Shown in pieces: positions 53,801 through 60,812 of a stretch of 64,000 nucleotides of DNA. Under the pieces are notes generated by a model. It was given only the letters and a program-made list of their open reading frames with translations, was not told where the DNA came from and made no database searches. The position numbers were made by a program, and so were the translations under genes. Source of the DNA: Phycisphaeraceae bacterium (GTDB taxonomy: Bacteria > Planctomycetota > Phycisphaerae > Phycisphaerales > Phycisphaeraceae); contig OY771506.1 in the NCBI GenBank assembly GCA_963674705.1, forward strand, positions 960,001 through 1,024,000. The letters are read 5' to 3'. Numbering within the stretch: position 1 is the stretch's first letter; each line of letters begins with the position of its first letter.

Positions 53801-55940
53801 TTGCCGACCCGCCATCCACACTCACACCGACCAATGGCCCGTCCACGGTCGAGTCGGACAACGTCACATGCCCATCTTCAACCGAAACGCCGCCGGTGAA
53901 CCAGTTAGCAAACGTAAAGCCATCGATCAGTACCGTGCTGGTTGCGCCGGTGATCGTCGCACCGAACACACCGAACAAGGATGTGCCGTCAAGCACCGGA
54001 GCCGAGGTCCCTTCACCTTCCAGCGCATCACCCGGATCACCGATCATGTCAAGCGATTTGTTGATCGCCAAGGCCTCGTTGTACGTACCTGCAAGCACGT
54101 TGATAACCGCGCCGTCGTCCGCCGCATTGATCGCTTCCTGGATCGTGGCAAACGCGTTATACCCGTAGACTCCCGCCGGCCCCGCGCCGTCCGGATCGTC
54201 ACCGAACGCCGTACCCGCCCAGTCGTCATCCACATACAACTCACTGACAGTCGCCGGGACACGGATCAACTCGACATCATTGCCGTCCCCGCCGGTGTAA
54301 TCGATCAGGAAAGTATCACCATTGATCGTAAGCAAAGCGCCTTGCGCCAAGCCTGCAAACGTTCCGGTGATCGCATCAGCGCCGTCGTTATCGATAAGGA
54401 CAAGCGAATCACCAACCGAGGCACTGATCGTGCCGCCCGCGTTGAGCGTCGCGCCGCCAAGATCGACCGTGCCGGCGACGGCATACTGATCGTGTTCAGT
54501 CCCGGCGGCGAGGCCGTTGACTTCCGCATCGAGGATCGAGCCGGCGGTCAGGGTCAGGTTGCCGCTGGCGATGATGCCCGGGCTGTAACCGGCGCTCAAG
54601 GTTGCCCCGGCCACGCTCAGCGTCAACGTGCCGTTCAACGTCAAGTCACCGCCCACCAACAAGGCCTGATTGACATCGACATCTTCGGTAAATGTGCCGG
54701 CAAAGCGCAGCGCCACACCGGGCGCAGACGCGTCGATCGTCGCCTGTACACCGGAGGCGATATAGACGGTGTTCCCGCCTTCAACCGCGACCGCGTTGGT
54801 CGCGAAGATATTAGCGCCGACCACCTCGCCGAGCCCGACCGGATCGGTGGAAATGCCGTTGGCGGTTGAGCCGTTGGCTAGATACATGTAGTTCGTCGTA
54901 GCGGTCTGCCCGGAAGCGTCAAACGTGTTGCCGACGATCACGACATTACTGCCGCGTGCGCGCAGGCTCGAACCATAACGCTGGGTGGTCCCGGCAAAGG
55001 TGTTGCCGGTGATCACCGCGCCGGCGCTGTCGATCGTCACCAGCGTATTGCCCTGCTCGTGTGCAGCCGTAGCGGCGCCGGTGTTGTCCGTCAGGCTCGT
55101 GCCGCCGGCCGTGCCGACAACCTGGTTGTTCGTAAACGTGATATTGCTGGTGTTGCCCCCACCGGTTCCACCGCCCATAGCCACTAACTGACGTGGCACG
55201 TTCGCTAACGAGAACTGAGCGCCAAAACCATCACCTGCTGGGTTAGCGCCGACGAACGTCTGGCCGGAAAAGATGTTGCCATCAATAACGAAGTTGTCAA
55301 TAGTCGCGCCGTACTCTGTCAACAGGCCGTGATCCCCGTTAGCGACGATCTCATTGCCTCGGATCACCGCGCCGCTGTGGCTGCCCTGGAAGTAGACCGC
55401 TGCATTCTCGACGCCCGGCGCACCGTTATCGATCCCAATGATCGTAAAGCCCTGTCCGCCATCGCCGATCTGAACGCCCGTGGTGGCGTTGGTCACCGTT
55501 ACCGTACCGAGATTGCCCAACCCGGATACGCCCTGGATCGTCGTGGAGGTATAGCCGTTTTGAGACAGCAGCGTCAGGTCTTTATCGATCGTGACGTTGC
55601 CGACGAATGTGCCGTCGCCCACCTGGATGATGTCGTCCACCGAGGCAGCATTCACCGCATCCTGAATGACATCAAAGGCATCCGTACCAAAGACCGCAGT
55701 CCCGCCACCGAACTCATCCAGTGTGACGATGTCGCCGGCGTCGAGCGTGCCGGAGCTGTTCACATCGTCATAGATCTGGAAGTCGTCGGCATAGTAAGTA
55801 GCGCCGGACAGAAGCAGCTTGGGTTCCAGCGCTTCAAACGTCGGGCGGATCTGCCGCTCTTGTTCTTGTCTACGCAACCACCGCTGGTACCATTCACGAC
55901 GTTTCGTTCGCAGGACTCGCTTCTTTTGCTTGCGTGACAT
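38883..55940 (-). CDS. Giant (~5685 aa) LEPR-XLL surface protein: about 12 parallel beta-helix modules, PKD-like domains, cohesin-dockerin-cohesin-dockerin, Q/T tail
   Basis: SD-like AGAGAGG 7 nt before ATG 55940; basic leader plus FEALEPKLLLS; repeated IQ.A...A..GD.I.V..GT(Y/F).E heads; WGDG motifs; cohesin-like VPINIDDADGLLGFNIDLAYDTDVL; twin GDLNSDGFVGLDDL and GDPSGDGYVGLTDL loops. Confidence 0.9.
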   Translation of the reverse strand: MSRKQKKRVLRTKRREWYQRWLRRQEQERQIRPTFEALEPKLLLSGATYYADDFQIYDDVNSSGTLDAGDIVTLDEFGGGTAVFGTDAFDVIQDAVNAASVDDIIQVGDGTFVGNVTIDKDLTLLSQNGYTSTTIQGVSGLGNLGTVTVTNATTGVQIGDGGQGFTIIGIDNGAPGVENAAVYFQGSHSGAVIRGNEIVANGDHGLLTEYGATIDNFVIDGNIFSGQTFVGANPAGDGFGAQFSLANVPRQLVAMGGGTGGGNTSNITFTNNQVVGTAGGTSLTDNTGAATAAHEQGNTLVTIDSAGAVITGNTFAGTTQRYGSSLRARGSNVVIVGNTFDASGQTATTNYMYLANGSTANGISTDPVGLGEVVGANIFATNAVAVEGGNTVYIASGVQATIDASAPGVALRFAGTFTEDVDVNQALLVGGDLTLNGTLTLSVAGATLSAGYSPGIIASGNLTLTAGSILDAEVNGLAAGTEHDQYAVAGTVDLGGATLNAGGTISASVGDSLVLIDNDGADAITGTFAGLAQGALLTINGDTFLIDYTGGDGNDVELIRVPATVSELYVDDDWAGTAFGDDPDGAGPAGVYGYNAFATIQEAINAADDGAVINVLAGTYNEALAINKSLDMIGDPGDALEGEGTSAPVLDGTSLFGVFGATITGATSTVLIDGFTFANWFTGGVSVEDGHVTLSDSTVDGPLVGVSVDGGSATVDASILTNAGIFGVEIVNGGSAQVVGSQIINANTAGVSASAGSAAISESVISGNATGVLVGATGSATVFGSSLAGNTVRAISNSSATKVNASGNYWGTMTQAGVAAQTLGLVDFSPFLVSSADTDVLAAGFQGDFGTVHVTTLGAQSGTAGRLQEAVDMVDASGTVHVLNGQYNESNTTISQSLTLEGESRSGVIIAPKAVDDHANGGFAGTYQQGLIVAADDITIQTLTIDGEANAALSPNDHNFRMGITTADGGSFDNLHVDDVTIQNIYRRGIYIGSTTSSGHVVENSLITDVTRNDGIISIGEAQFLYNTISNVNGDNATASAAAIRGYSQATFIGNDISNALWGIVADTSATILDNTIDDVSVGIVMNNLFYDGTNAGASLVTIQGNQITNIRDTGYVMYGIGMSLVNLADGSMIGGPNPGDENIIDISSGSDVIGMNVWWNPGEVTIQNNQLTVGDQNTGILVQYTPDLSKVTQIVGNTIQGTGRAGTGILLTEGEDHGNAVAVISDNDINDLETGIKLALTSSDRQISATLSNNAITNNDLGLKLSEYDADTNGYDVTIASLDDLSGLTGNDVGILVDGGSLSLTGVVLSGNDIGLQVDGNGEATLTGGSISATTAGAQILGSGLTLDGVTISGAATGIDQTAGNLTLLNSFVNSNTIGLSVDNANALVEGTDLAGNSVGIRVSSDAQVDAGGGGNTGLGTSAGGNTLTGYSGLAGNYAIENLNEDAAGNVDVYAQGNDFGSNLSVLIENVVYHTVDDAQYTEVLFSQAPVLTAPTIVYVDDDWAGTALGVDADGAGGSHGDGTGYGYDQFATISDAIAAVVNGGSGEVKIYDGTYGEQLLIDFGLVVTGESELGTVIQAPPVLTLDNSFVYSGQTKQSVVAVTGGTVTIQTLTVDGNGAGNAVVSGNDFDGIGILNANVTIDNVTVTGVRDSVLAGTQRGRAIFAGVDDGGPYTVSVTDSTIEDYQKNGIDLRGVGLTVDISGNMITGSGDVTVIAQNGIVMLGGATGTVVGNTISDHMYSGTTGGPDLFNDWQSIGILLYDAGSGVVIDGNTIDANDIGIYSWGGTVQVSNNILGSSVANRYEGILVDQSTSDLTGNDITGGNIGIAIVAFSGSGGNSEATLTGNTISGADIGVQMIDDDATVDPVLTVGAGNTISGGTTGLQIDGAGTQITGLSLNDLSFTGQSGDYVTLLNGALDNLVVDASAVTVDGTIGASLTPAQLAAAEAKITDQLDDGALGRIQLQGGLIVVTPTLSPTAADNDYIRIKNAIEAATAGDTIMLLPNGTDSIFNWDEANALASWELGNDGVASTDDDFGILLGDGQNDVTVTANTADNISIQGPGDITSFDLEGVFLAFDNGTNTGWTFENFGILDFDNAIGFYYSGDDYSDLTINNMHIRVAADDATDSFQNIGIHFGRGTNITITNNLFELDGSGDGTTFAIQTNTHGGTNYDGLNISGNQIVVMNGGGENIYGIWENGHAHQSNITVSGNSFSGNAGNTGTQVAFRVTSHSGASSTVSYDNNTVDQADVAFDWLDVYYGSPIDYTGTLPVEMNGNIVTNSGVAYDLGGIMGSANITGGSITGASGIGVQIADGNSAMVSGVTLQNLDIGVLVSGSATIIGNSFDNANDNLVDIQLASTATAITIGAGNTFGGDDYYIENLSGLGMNLVGLGSSYDEVDNFRIEDKMYHAADDAASGLIRVVADNLYVTTPGTGLSNELIQNAVNVAAVGDTVNVEAGTFNEDLLISTEGVKVIGQGQGVTIIDHTGQPGNNNAGVYLTADDTELRSLSVTGNNASSTPRYGVKVADVDGVVLDGVTISDSYRTGLDILGASNITLNNLVSENNGGAGIFMTDVNGASLSNITTSNNPWIGISIATWGRYTPLGTSGIVFSGTNSFGETATDNGGLQLEMGNYNDPLNPELISWSSNLADNADVTFLSADFGYALSGPTSDNDNLYTRFYQTLVEAEAAAAGSPDHIAANDRYIQEADDSNGLPNSGPTQLYVFDNTGNTMSIQAAVDAAVGGDTINVAAGTFEGTVDANKSVTIDGQGLSSIINAGGVASHGVLVHADDLVLSNLRITNANDAVRFDTAVDGVQLLHVQADNAARGVSVQSSLTDLMFDDVTLTGNGTGMRVATLGAIVGFDLLNSAFDGNDYGMTVYASGSITNNEANFTDILIQNTSFSNNLEKGFYTEKLDNATLDNVTVDSSGTGGAATYDSGIDINLKYGTYTNIDILGGAITNSGTGDAVNGTGLTIKARGTGNDPSYASNPATLTDVVIDGTTISGNQIGIRIGEPGKANTGPSGVLIDADVSDNVDVGIAIVGGQVAVQNTDLTGNQVGVLVDGGATADLGGGSLASVGNNDLTGYSGVGGNYAIEDLNLAAQPDVYADNNSFGSTVAGVIESIVFDDTDDATRSMVIATNPQGAGVTSPIYVDDDWAGTVVGVDPDGVGGVSAIYGIDAFANINDALDAVSAGGEIIVFAGTYNERFDLDQSVNLHSDAYAGTSTSGRTAGDASEAIIDLQGQEGAIGEGIRITSSDVTFAGFEIVGGSATNYGIYISGGGNNLDNIAIENNFIHGMALPNPVVSGSELTYGILGDSNGVSTWGELSNLSIVGNEIYDLGSVGTASGYGINLYDVNGATITGNALHDLADGLNDVGTGVSVTFAGSGANPLAGVSSNVTIANDSYANMSVGVRLLADSGSSVTQDVADFSNVELYVMNAGDLPRASVNLTGQHVWTNNLAVSAAIQGYLTAAGITEPTAGYTGSIQTAIDQSNEDATVTLTAGTFAENVTVDKDINLIGQGSSTLWTPSGSGNIVTIAGSGFGDDQTVTIQDIDFDGLNGTANAGVYVGSAADFANLSITNGDFTGFNYYAIAVFGDAGTGISVQDVDLTNLTFSNNGIAGSGGTADIQFFEYNGDATLTGLVHVGNRNEGAGSGARSAIQFRGVGAGDGTGVLAGGNIVLDDIEVTGTYRNQFIGIQRYTDVSNFSFNDVVLGGGASDLVGGWGAVLRFDAVGDLASKGTATPASVDLGNTYFRGIVSSISGLVSDIEFAPDNNFAWLRADGTDTQWDTTTGTQVAASSLTLDELFEVEDRILHYVEPDHPSHLNSFHGFVEVVDGTAYITETFSSLINRGIEVVDEGGTVFIDAGTYIEDVNVNRYVNLDGAGSGSNPAVDTIITPASSTYGLQISASGLDASNRLTVQDLHVTGSASHGVVAYGQDHIEILNVESSGNDLDGFHLSDMDDLVITDSTASNNGAVNPPTVGHGFDLNGVRDAVLTNLTAVDNYSAGIGISARASTTGASSNIDIIGGTFSDGSSTRPEGSNGISLYVDDAHGASSISDVTIGGTISISDFLFGGITLFNAGVTSSIDNIQIGQTIGDSVTLSNNVIGLMMFGNVTNVDADADFVRGAASTAGASALGLDETGTLSPDMISVAGSTFTGFDNTAAAISLAAVNPSPAPAYFVSSNTIDVTGATFDGVNPAALSTGDPAFWTIEDQIVHAIDVDGAALIDFDPAGNHYLTTSSFVSGINTNAMVQRAVDVATAGDTIYIQDGTYVEGSQVVIDKNLTIDGQSRVGTILTPGYDTSTSGNARGWWLVNAGIDLDVSSLTYDGTGNSVWQAVRHLGTGSFDDVAFSTIQYSASGSPYAGTAIAAFGGVGAVDVTNSYFDTIGRIGVQYFGAGTTGTFSGNTYTGKGVGDFLDYAVEVSAGAIANINNNIITDNLGVAASDGSTSAGVLVTTYFAPGTEAHLSGNVISNSTSGVAAGYDGTDTSIVTLTGDTLDGNEYGVSINGASVSINAGTTIQNGTTGVDVDSNGSVTIDGATISGNAIGVDVGSTGSASITNSDITGTAGSTGVLVSAGGSASIVNNPTTITGHEVGIDVAGGTALIENNDLNGNTIGVLIQNDGIADLGDNTGSDITGLGTGSGSNGSSAGLNDFSGYTTAATASSGAIVNLNSDSGLVGTQGLPPDVPAFGNTWDDASPSGIENVVYHDSDDNNLGFVDFADLLSLSVSLDVATIGEGSSVQLLGTFSNSPQDHTLTVNWGDGNTDIIAVPAGVFDLSTLSITHTYDDNGPVPSGSPYVYAISVTLEEDAGPGVLTDNSLTATVNNVAPTVALSGAATTDEADVYTLSIGAVTDPGDDTVIQYRVIWGDGNFDVYTSAQIALMSGLVSHTYQDGPGGVSQISVELTDEDGIHANAGILPLSVNNLDPYGTFDNGGPVNAGTAGFVTWYAQGDPSPVDASSLVYDYDFGDDGTFEIIGSSLNFATVPGLYLTTPGTYDVRGRIRDKDGGSYEEVTTITVNATTFRVLNFTTNASGFEAVFSGDLDMGVFNLYDSYDAPVELADLYVVDTSGEVAGSAIFNPSSNKLTWIKTGGVLEAGNYTVFMVSGLNAMKEAGTGALLDGNSDGTPGDNYVMNFTVTASTDRVLSLPDFARGPGQTVDVPATGLGLPVTLDDATGVNAVDFDVIFDATLLNITGVSLGASLPGDWSVTYNLVSPGHLKVTTSGITTLSGSDVQIVTLTANVPSSAEFGGAQVIRLQSVAVNGGFINSVGDRALHKAAYLGDVDGDFFFSGLDASLISGVVVDLVTGFDAFDKTDPVILANSTGTGTLNGLDASYVAQKSVALPRPEIPDLPAVAPAGVPGEDPVLTVSSGVVANIGTTVSVPINIDDADGLLGFNIDLAYDTDVLDITNGDVSLGSLLSGAGGWNVVANVDDLAGTIKLAFYRADGPMPAGGGEVAILDFTVLPGAASIGTTNVTADGPTDLGGKTYNYIAGSIDVQPISGDLNSDGFVGLDDLDIVLNNWNQYVTAGDWLSGDPSGDGYVGLTDLDIVLNNWNAGTPPVAQAVSVSEDEELASNSSQQSESQSQTQTQTQSQAATGQSQQQQQQTQQQTQQQTQTRKPAQQTQQQQLQQQRQTQQQQKQTQQQTTTVTGWRQAPVRSAFGQSDEEKFEPTLGLWESEVA

Positions 55941-56796
55941 GAGCATGCCTCTCTTTGGCTGAATCTTCTGGGCGTTTACCGAAGACCTTAGTATTTCGTT
56001 ACCGTTGTTTACACATAGACACACGCAAACGCTCACGGCCTTTCTTCCGGCCATGAACATCTGCATCAAATAAACAATGAGAGATGACTTTGAGCGCGCA
56101 GAGAAACCTGGAGCTATCTAACTATATGTAGATAACTCTCTGGATTTGCATGTGACAGCATCCCTCGATTTTATCCTCCAACCACTCCTCCACTATGTGA
56201 GACGTTAATGTGGGTGCCGAATAGGCAAGAACTGATTGCCCGGTTATTCCCCCATGTTGTCGTAGTACACTTTGTAAGGAGTTTTTATAGCGTAAAGCAA
56301 ATGTTGCTGTCAATTAATTTCTGGCTATTAATCTTAATAATTTTTGATGTTTGTGTGTTAATAGCTTAGCGCCGAAGGTTTAAGACAATAAAAACCCAAG
56401 TATTATGCGAATACATACAACCGGCTCATTTTGCCTTGCTTTTTTAGAACGATACAAGATCACCGTTATGCTCGTGATAGGTAATGCCACGGCTTGGTAA
56501 ACCCAAAATGTTAAAATAGGGGAACGGCTTTTTACTTATTATTCAGTTTTATGACACAGTATGACGCGCCGCCATCCTGTGCAGTTCATTACCCGATGGC
56601 GCTACTGCTCAAACGATATTTATGTGTCCAGTCTCACGAATCACCCACCTACCCACCGCATAGATGATCCGGGCCCACCATCAGCCACTATAAATTGTGA
56701 TTAGCTGGAGAATGACTGAACATTTCTTTCAATAGCGATTGAATTAGCCGTACCGGCCAAGCATACGCATCATTCATGTCGTTAAATCAAACCGTC

Positions 56797-57573
56797 TCAA
56801 TCTGTTACAGTCGTATACACACCTGCGTATTGTTGAACGATGTTTGACCACGTTACCGCCAACTCATCGACCAGCTTATCAAGCGCTTCGGACTCGGCAT
56901 TACGCCGGGATTCGTCGACCTTGGCTTCATTGTTCCACGAGCTGGTGTCCTGCTCACTTCGGGTGGTAACCTCGGCGACACCATAGATATAGCCGTTTCG
57001 TACATCCAGCAGCGCCGCGGAAGCAGTGCAGGTGATGCGTACTTTCTTATGGCCGCCGAATCCCAGCGTGATCATGTCCAGGGGCGTTGCGTTGTCCTCA
57101 TGGTAGAAGTGTGTGTCGAATGTGTAGATTAAAAGTATCTGCGTGTGCAGTTTCGCGGCAGCCTGACGGAGTTCCATGTCAGAATTCAGTTGCGATGGCA
57201 GCAACAGGCGGTTGACCATCGCCACACCACGGACCATCGGCATGGATGCAAGACGGTTAAGTTGATCTTCGGTTTCCACCTCACGCATGGTGACTACGCT
57301 GTAGGCCCCTCGGCCGTAGGCATAACCATGAGCGTTGCGGTAATCCGTGCTCTGCACATGCGCAAGACAAATCCCCGCGGGAAACGAAACCAGGGGCTTG
57401 CGGGCCAGTTCGTGTTGGATCTGCTCATCTGTTAATTGGTTGCGCTGGTCAGCGGACACCACGCCAAACGCTTCCATAGGAGCGCCCGGCCCGGGGACCG
57501 TATACCTCATACAGCCTGGCAGAACAGAAAAAGTCAGTGCGAACAACAGCAGTACGGCATGATACGCGCGCAT
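56797..57573 (-). CDS. Hypothetical lipoprotein
   Basis: Lipobox LPGC; SD GAGGG; motifs LRQAAAKLH and AALLDVRNGYIYG. Confidence 0.75.
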   Translation of the reverse strand: MRAYHAVLLLFALTFSVLPGCMRYTVPGPGAPMEAFGVVSADQRNQLTDEQIQHELARKPLVSFPAGICLAHVQSTDYRNAHGYAYGRGAYSVVTMREVETEDQLNRLASMPMVRGVAMVNRLLLPSQLNSDMELRQAAAKLHTQILLIYTFDTHFYHEDNATPLDMITLGFGGHKKVRITCTASAALLDVRNGYIYGVAEVTTRSEQDTSSWNNEAKVDESRRNAESEALDKLVDELAVTWSNIVQQYAGVYTTVTD

Positions 57574-57615
57574 GATAGGCCCTCATGTATTATGGTTTGG
57601 TCAGGAACTGGATGT

Positions 57616-59818
57616 CTATTCTTGCACCGTCGTGTCGTACAGGACGCCGTCCGGCACGGGGATGGGCACGTTCACGGTCACGCCCTCGTTGCCTGCCGTA
57701 CGCCCGCCGGCGTCGACCGCGACAAATGAGGTGTAAGCACTCATCAGGTTGTAATCCAACGCCAGGCGCGTAATCTGCCCGGCCAGCTCGCCATGCGGAT
57801 CGCCTTCATAGGCCTGCCGGTCAGATAGATCAGCGATACAAGCTCGGGCCCAGACGCCGGCCAAGGCATCGCGATCCTTGCTTTCACCTTCACGACTCAC
57901 ATGAACGTCGACCAGCACGGGTTCGCCACCCGCTTTGCCGGCAATCGCGATGTCATTCGGCATCTCACCCGTAAACCTGCCGGTAATCACGATCGGCTTG
58001 CCAACGAACAGGTCGCTTGCATTGCTTGGATAAAGTGCCGCCACCCTCGCCCCACGCCAATCGATCCGCACATCAGTCATCGCGGGTCGGCTTGCTCGTT
58101 CCAGGAAACGGCCCATCACATCAGCGCCATCATCATGAAGCCCCAGATACGCGCTCGTACCTCGGCCGATACTTGCCATACGCTCTAAGAGATAGCGGTT
58201 CGGGGAAGAACCCACGCCGAAGCTGAAGATACGCGCTGCACCAACATGCTGTTTTACTTCATGGAGAATTTCTGCTTCGTTGCCGATGTAGCCGTCGGTC
58301 ATGAAACACACAACGCGCAGTTTTTCAGGATCGTGCGGAAAGTCCAGCGCCGCCCTGATCCCCTCGACCATCATCGTCCCGCCAGTGCCTTGGAGCTGTT
58401 GCACATACTTCAAACCGCGCTTTTTATTCTCAATTGTCGCGGGCAGGGGCGACTTGCCGAGCGCCGAGGCATCATTGGAAAAGCGGATGATCTGGAAGCT
58501 GTCCTTCGGCCCAAGTTCATTGAGCGCAAATCGAACCGCGTCTTTCGCCTGGTCAATAGGTTTGCCGTTCATACTGCCCGAACAATCCAGCACGAACACC
58601 ATCTCCATCGGATGCTTCGGCAAGGATTCCAACTCGGCCGGAGGCACAAGCAATAACGAGAAGTAACCACTCTTTTCATCCTGATACGTCAACAGCCCCG
58701 AGCGCACCGCATTCGATGCCACCTTGATCCGCAGCACGAAGTCCTTGTTCGGGATCGTGTCCTTCCGGCGAAAGCTCAGACGTGGTAGCCTCGTGGCCTC
58801 ATCCGTCGCGCATCGCATCTACGATCGCGTGACTGTGACAGACGATCTGTTCAATCGGCACGCCCGCGTCGATATCGACCGAGTCAGAGCGATGTCGTGG
58901 CCGCTCCGCTCGTTCGGGCGCAGGTATTGAACTTCTGTCGGCTGCCCGGTCACTCCCGTGCCCGACCACGTGCGGAGACCGCGCCGATGCCTTCGGTTTG
59001 TCTCCGGGCGGGTTGAAACCGTGGGCCGACGACCATGGGGAACACGAAGCTCCAGGTAGCCGTCGCTGTAAGCGAGCGTGTTGAAAATACCGGATATCGA
59101 CGTCGATACTGCTTGCCGGGTTCGATATTAGCGACCCTCTGGGTGAAGACGTTCGGTCGCTCCTGCTGTCATTAACGCGGCCCGGTAGCCCTGGGCGAGT
59201 GCTTCTTTGTACAGCCGTTCGGCCTCGGCGCGCTCGCGGATAATGCCGCGGATTCGCCGATCGCCGATCGTCATCACAAATTCGTTCACCGCCGCATCCT
59301 GTGGCAGCGGGAAGACATAGACCGCCTCGATCTTCGTGTCGTAAGGGTTCTGAAACTGTTGTGTACACCCGCACACGCTGGAGACGTAACCGGTGATGTT
59401 GGCCTTTCACGTCGGTGTGCGTCTAGCGGCAGCGGGATGCATGCTTCGATCTCTTCTGAATCCGGTACCGGGGATGGGCAGACAACCGATCATCGCGCCG
59501 GAGCCGGGGGTTTCATCGTCCGTGGCAGGCCGATGAACCGTTTCACTTGTTGGTCAGTGACTGCGGCGATTCACGACTGGATGTAGACGCGTTCCTCTTC
59601 CAGATCGACCGGGGCTTGCGTTAAGTCAAAGCTGGGGGCCCGTGTAAGGCGCATGCGGCGGCACCTGGCAACCGACCCGCCGGAGGATTGCCACTGATCG
59701 CTGAGCCGGTCACCGGCTGCATTGGCATGTCTCACACCAAGAGCATCAATGGCATGCAAGACAGACGGCGATCACGGACAAACAAGTCAATGCCCACTTC
59801 ACTGCATACTCTTCTCAT
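57616..59818 (-). pseudogene. VIT plus vWA domain protein with multiple frameshifts in the 5' part (pseudogene or local sequence errors)
   Basis: VIT fragments QQFQNPYDTKIEAVYVFPLP...EAERLY and IDVDIRY in different frames; intact vWA MIDAS DCSGS and TDG; C-terminal LMSAYTSFVAVD. Confidence 0.8.
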
Positions 59819-59819
59819 G

Positions 59820-60278
59820 CCTTTGGCTTCCTGGAGTTCTGCAGCGGAGGCATTTACGATCCTGCTCGCCTTGCGGAGTCCGCAGCGGCGGTGAGGTTGA
59901 TAGCTGATATTGCGGTTGAACGTTACGCCGATCACCTGTAAGGTGAATGGTGGCGACGCGTGTCCTGCCTGCTGGTAGCTGCGATGCGTCAGATGTGTTG
60001 AACGCCGCGATGATGACACGCTCCCGCTGGATCGCTTCGGGATCGTAGTAAGGCGGTTCGCTGAATGCATCATGTTCCCCGCCCTCGATGCCGACGATTT
60101 TCACTTCACCCTCTGTTGCCTTGAACTGAAGCTGATATGCGGCCAACGGCATATCACCCGAGTCCAGGTAAATATCAACCGTGGTAAAACGTGTCGCGCT
60201 ACGGTCGGTCACGTCGGATTCCGCCACCGCACCGAACACCACCGCCAACGACATGAACCATGCAAACCACACACTCAT
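59820..60278 (-). CDS. Secreted cohesin-like protein; 3' end frameshifted near 59940 and uncertain
   Basis: Signal peptide; TVDIYLDSGDMPLAAYQLQF...VKIVGIEGG...IIAAF...G...VATIHL strand pattern; ATGA-coupled to the upstream gene. Confidence 0.55.
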
Positions 60279-60769
60279 GACGACGCCCCCCCATCCCGCT
60301 CATCAGCTTTCCCGGAAACGCTCACAGCCAAACCTGCCACGACCGCTACATCATCACGATCGATCTTTCCATCTGCGTTGAAGTCCCAGCCGGGCGGTGC
60401 GGACTGCCCCGCATCGATCACGCGCGCTATCGCAAACGCATCCAGGATGTCCACCGTGCCGTTTTGATCCGCATCGCCCCGCACCACGGGCTTCGGCTGC
60501 ACCGTTTTCGGGCTCATCCCCGGCCAGGCAATCCAGACACCGAGCCCGATCATCGCCGCCGCCGCGATCGGTCCGACATATCGCAGCCACAACCGACGTG
60601 TAACCGCAGGCTCCTGCCCAAAGTACTCGCTCGCAGCGTCCAGCACCGCCCGGTCCACATCCGGCGGAACAAACACCCGCCCGTCTTGCATCGCCGACAA
60701 ACGCTCCGCCAATTCGTCAGGCAGATGCAGGTCATCAGGCTCGGATTGTCGTGTATCCCGTGTGGACAT
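60275..60769 (-). CDS. Putative anti-sigma factor with an extracytoplasmic dockerin domain
   Basis: GGAG SD and ATG 60769; about 60-aa cytoplasmic part, one TM helix, Ca-loop pair GDADQNGTVDILD and DFNADGKIDRDD. Confidence 0.75.
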   Translation of the reverse strand: MSTRDTRQSEPDDLHLPDELAERLSAMQDGRVFVPPDVDRAVLDAASEYFGQEPAVTRRLWLRYVGPIAAAAMIGLGVWIAWPGMSPKTVQPKPVVRGDADQNGTVDILDAFAIARVIDAGQSAPPGWDFNADGKIDRDDVAVVAGLAVSVSGKADERDGGASS

Positions 60770-60812
60770 AATCGGTCTCCAACAGGTAAAGGGCGCAAAG
60801 CCCATGAAAGGT

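Noticed and set aside
55941..56069. Upstream extension of the giant ORF to 56069
   Set aside because: No SD at that start; ATG 55940 has AGAGAGG at 7 nt and gives a typical LEPR-XLL leader
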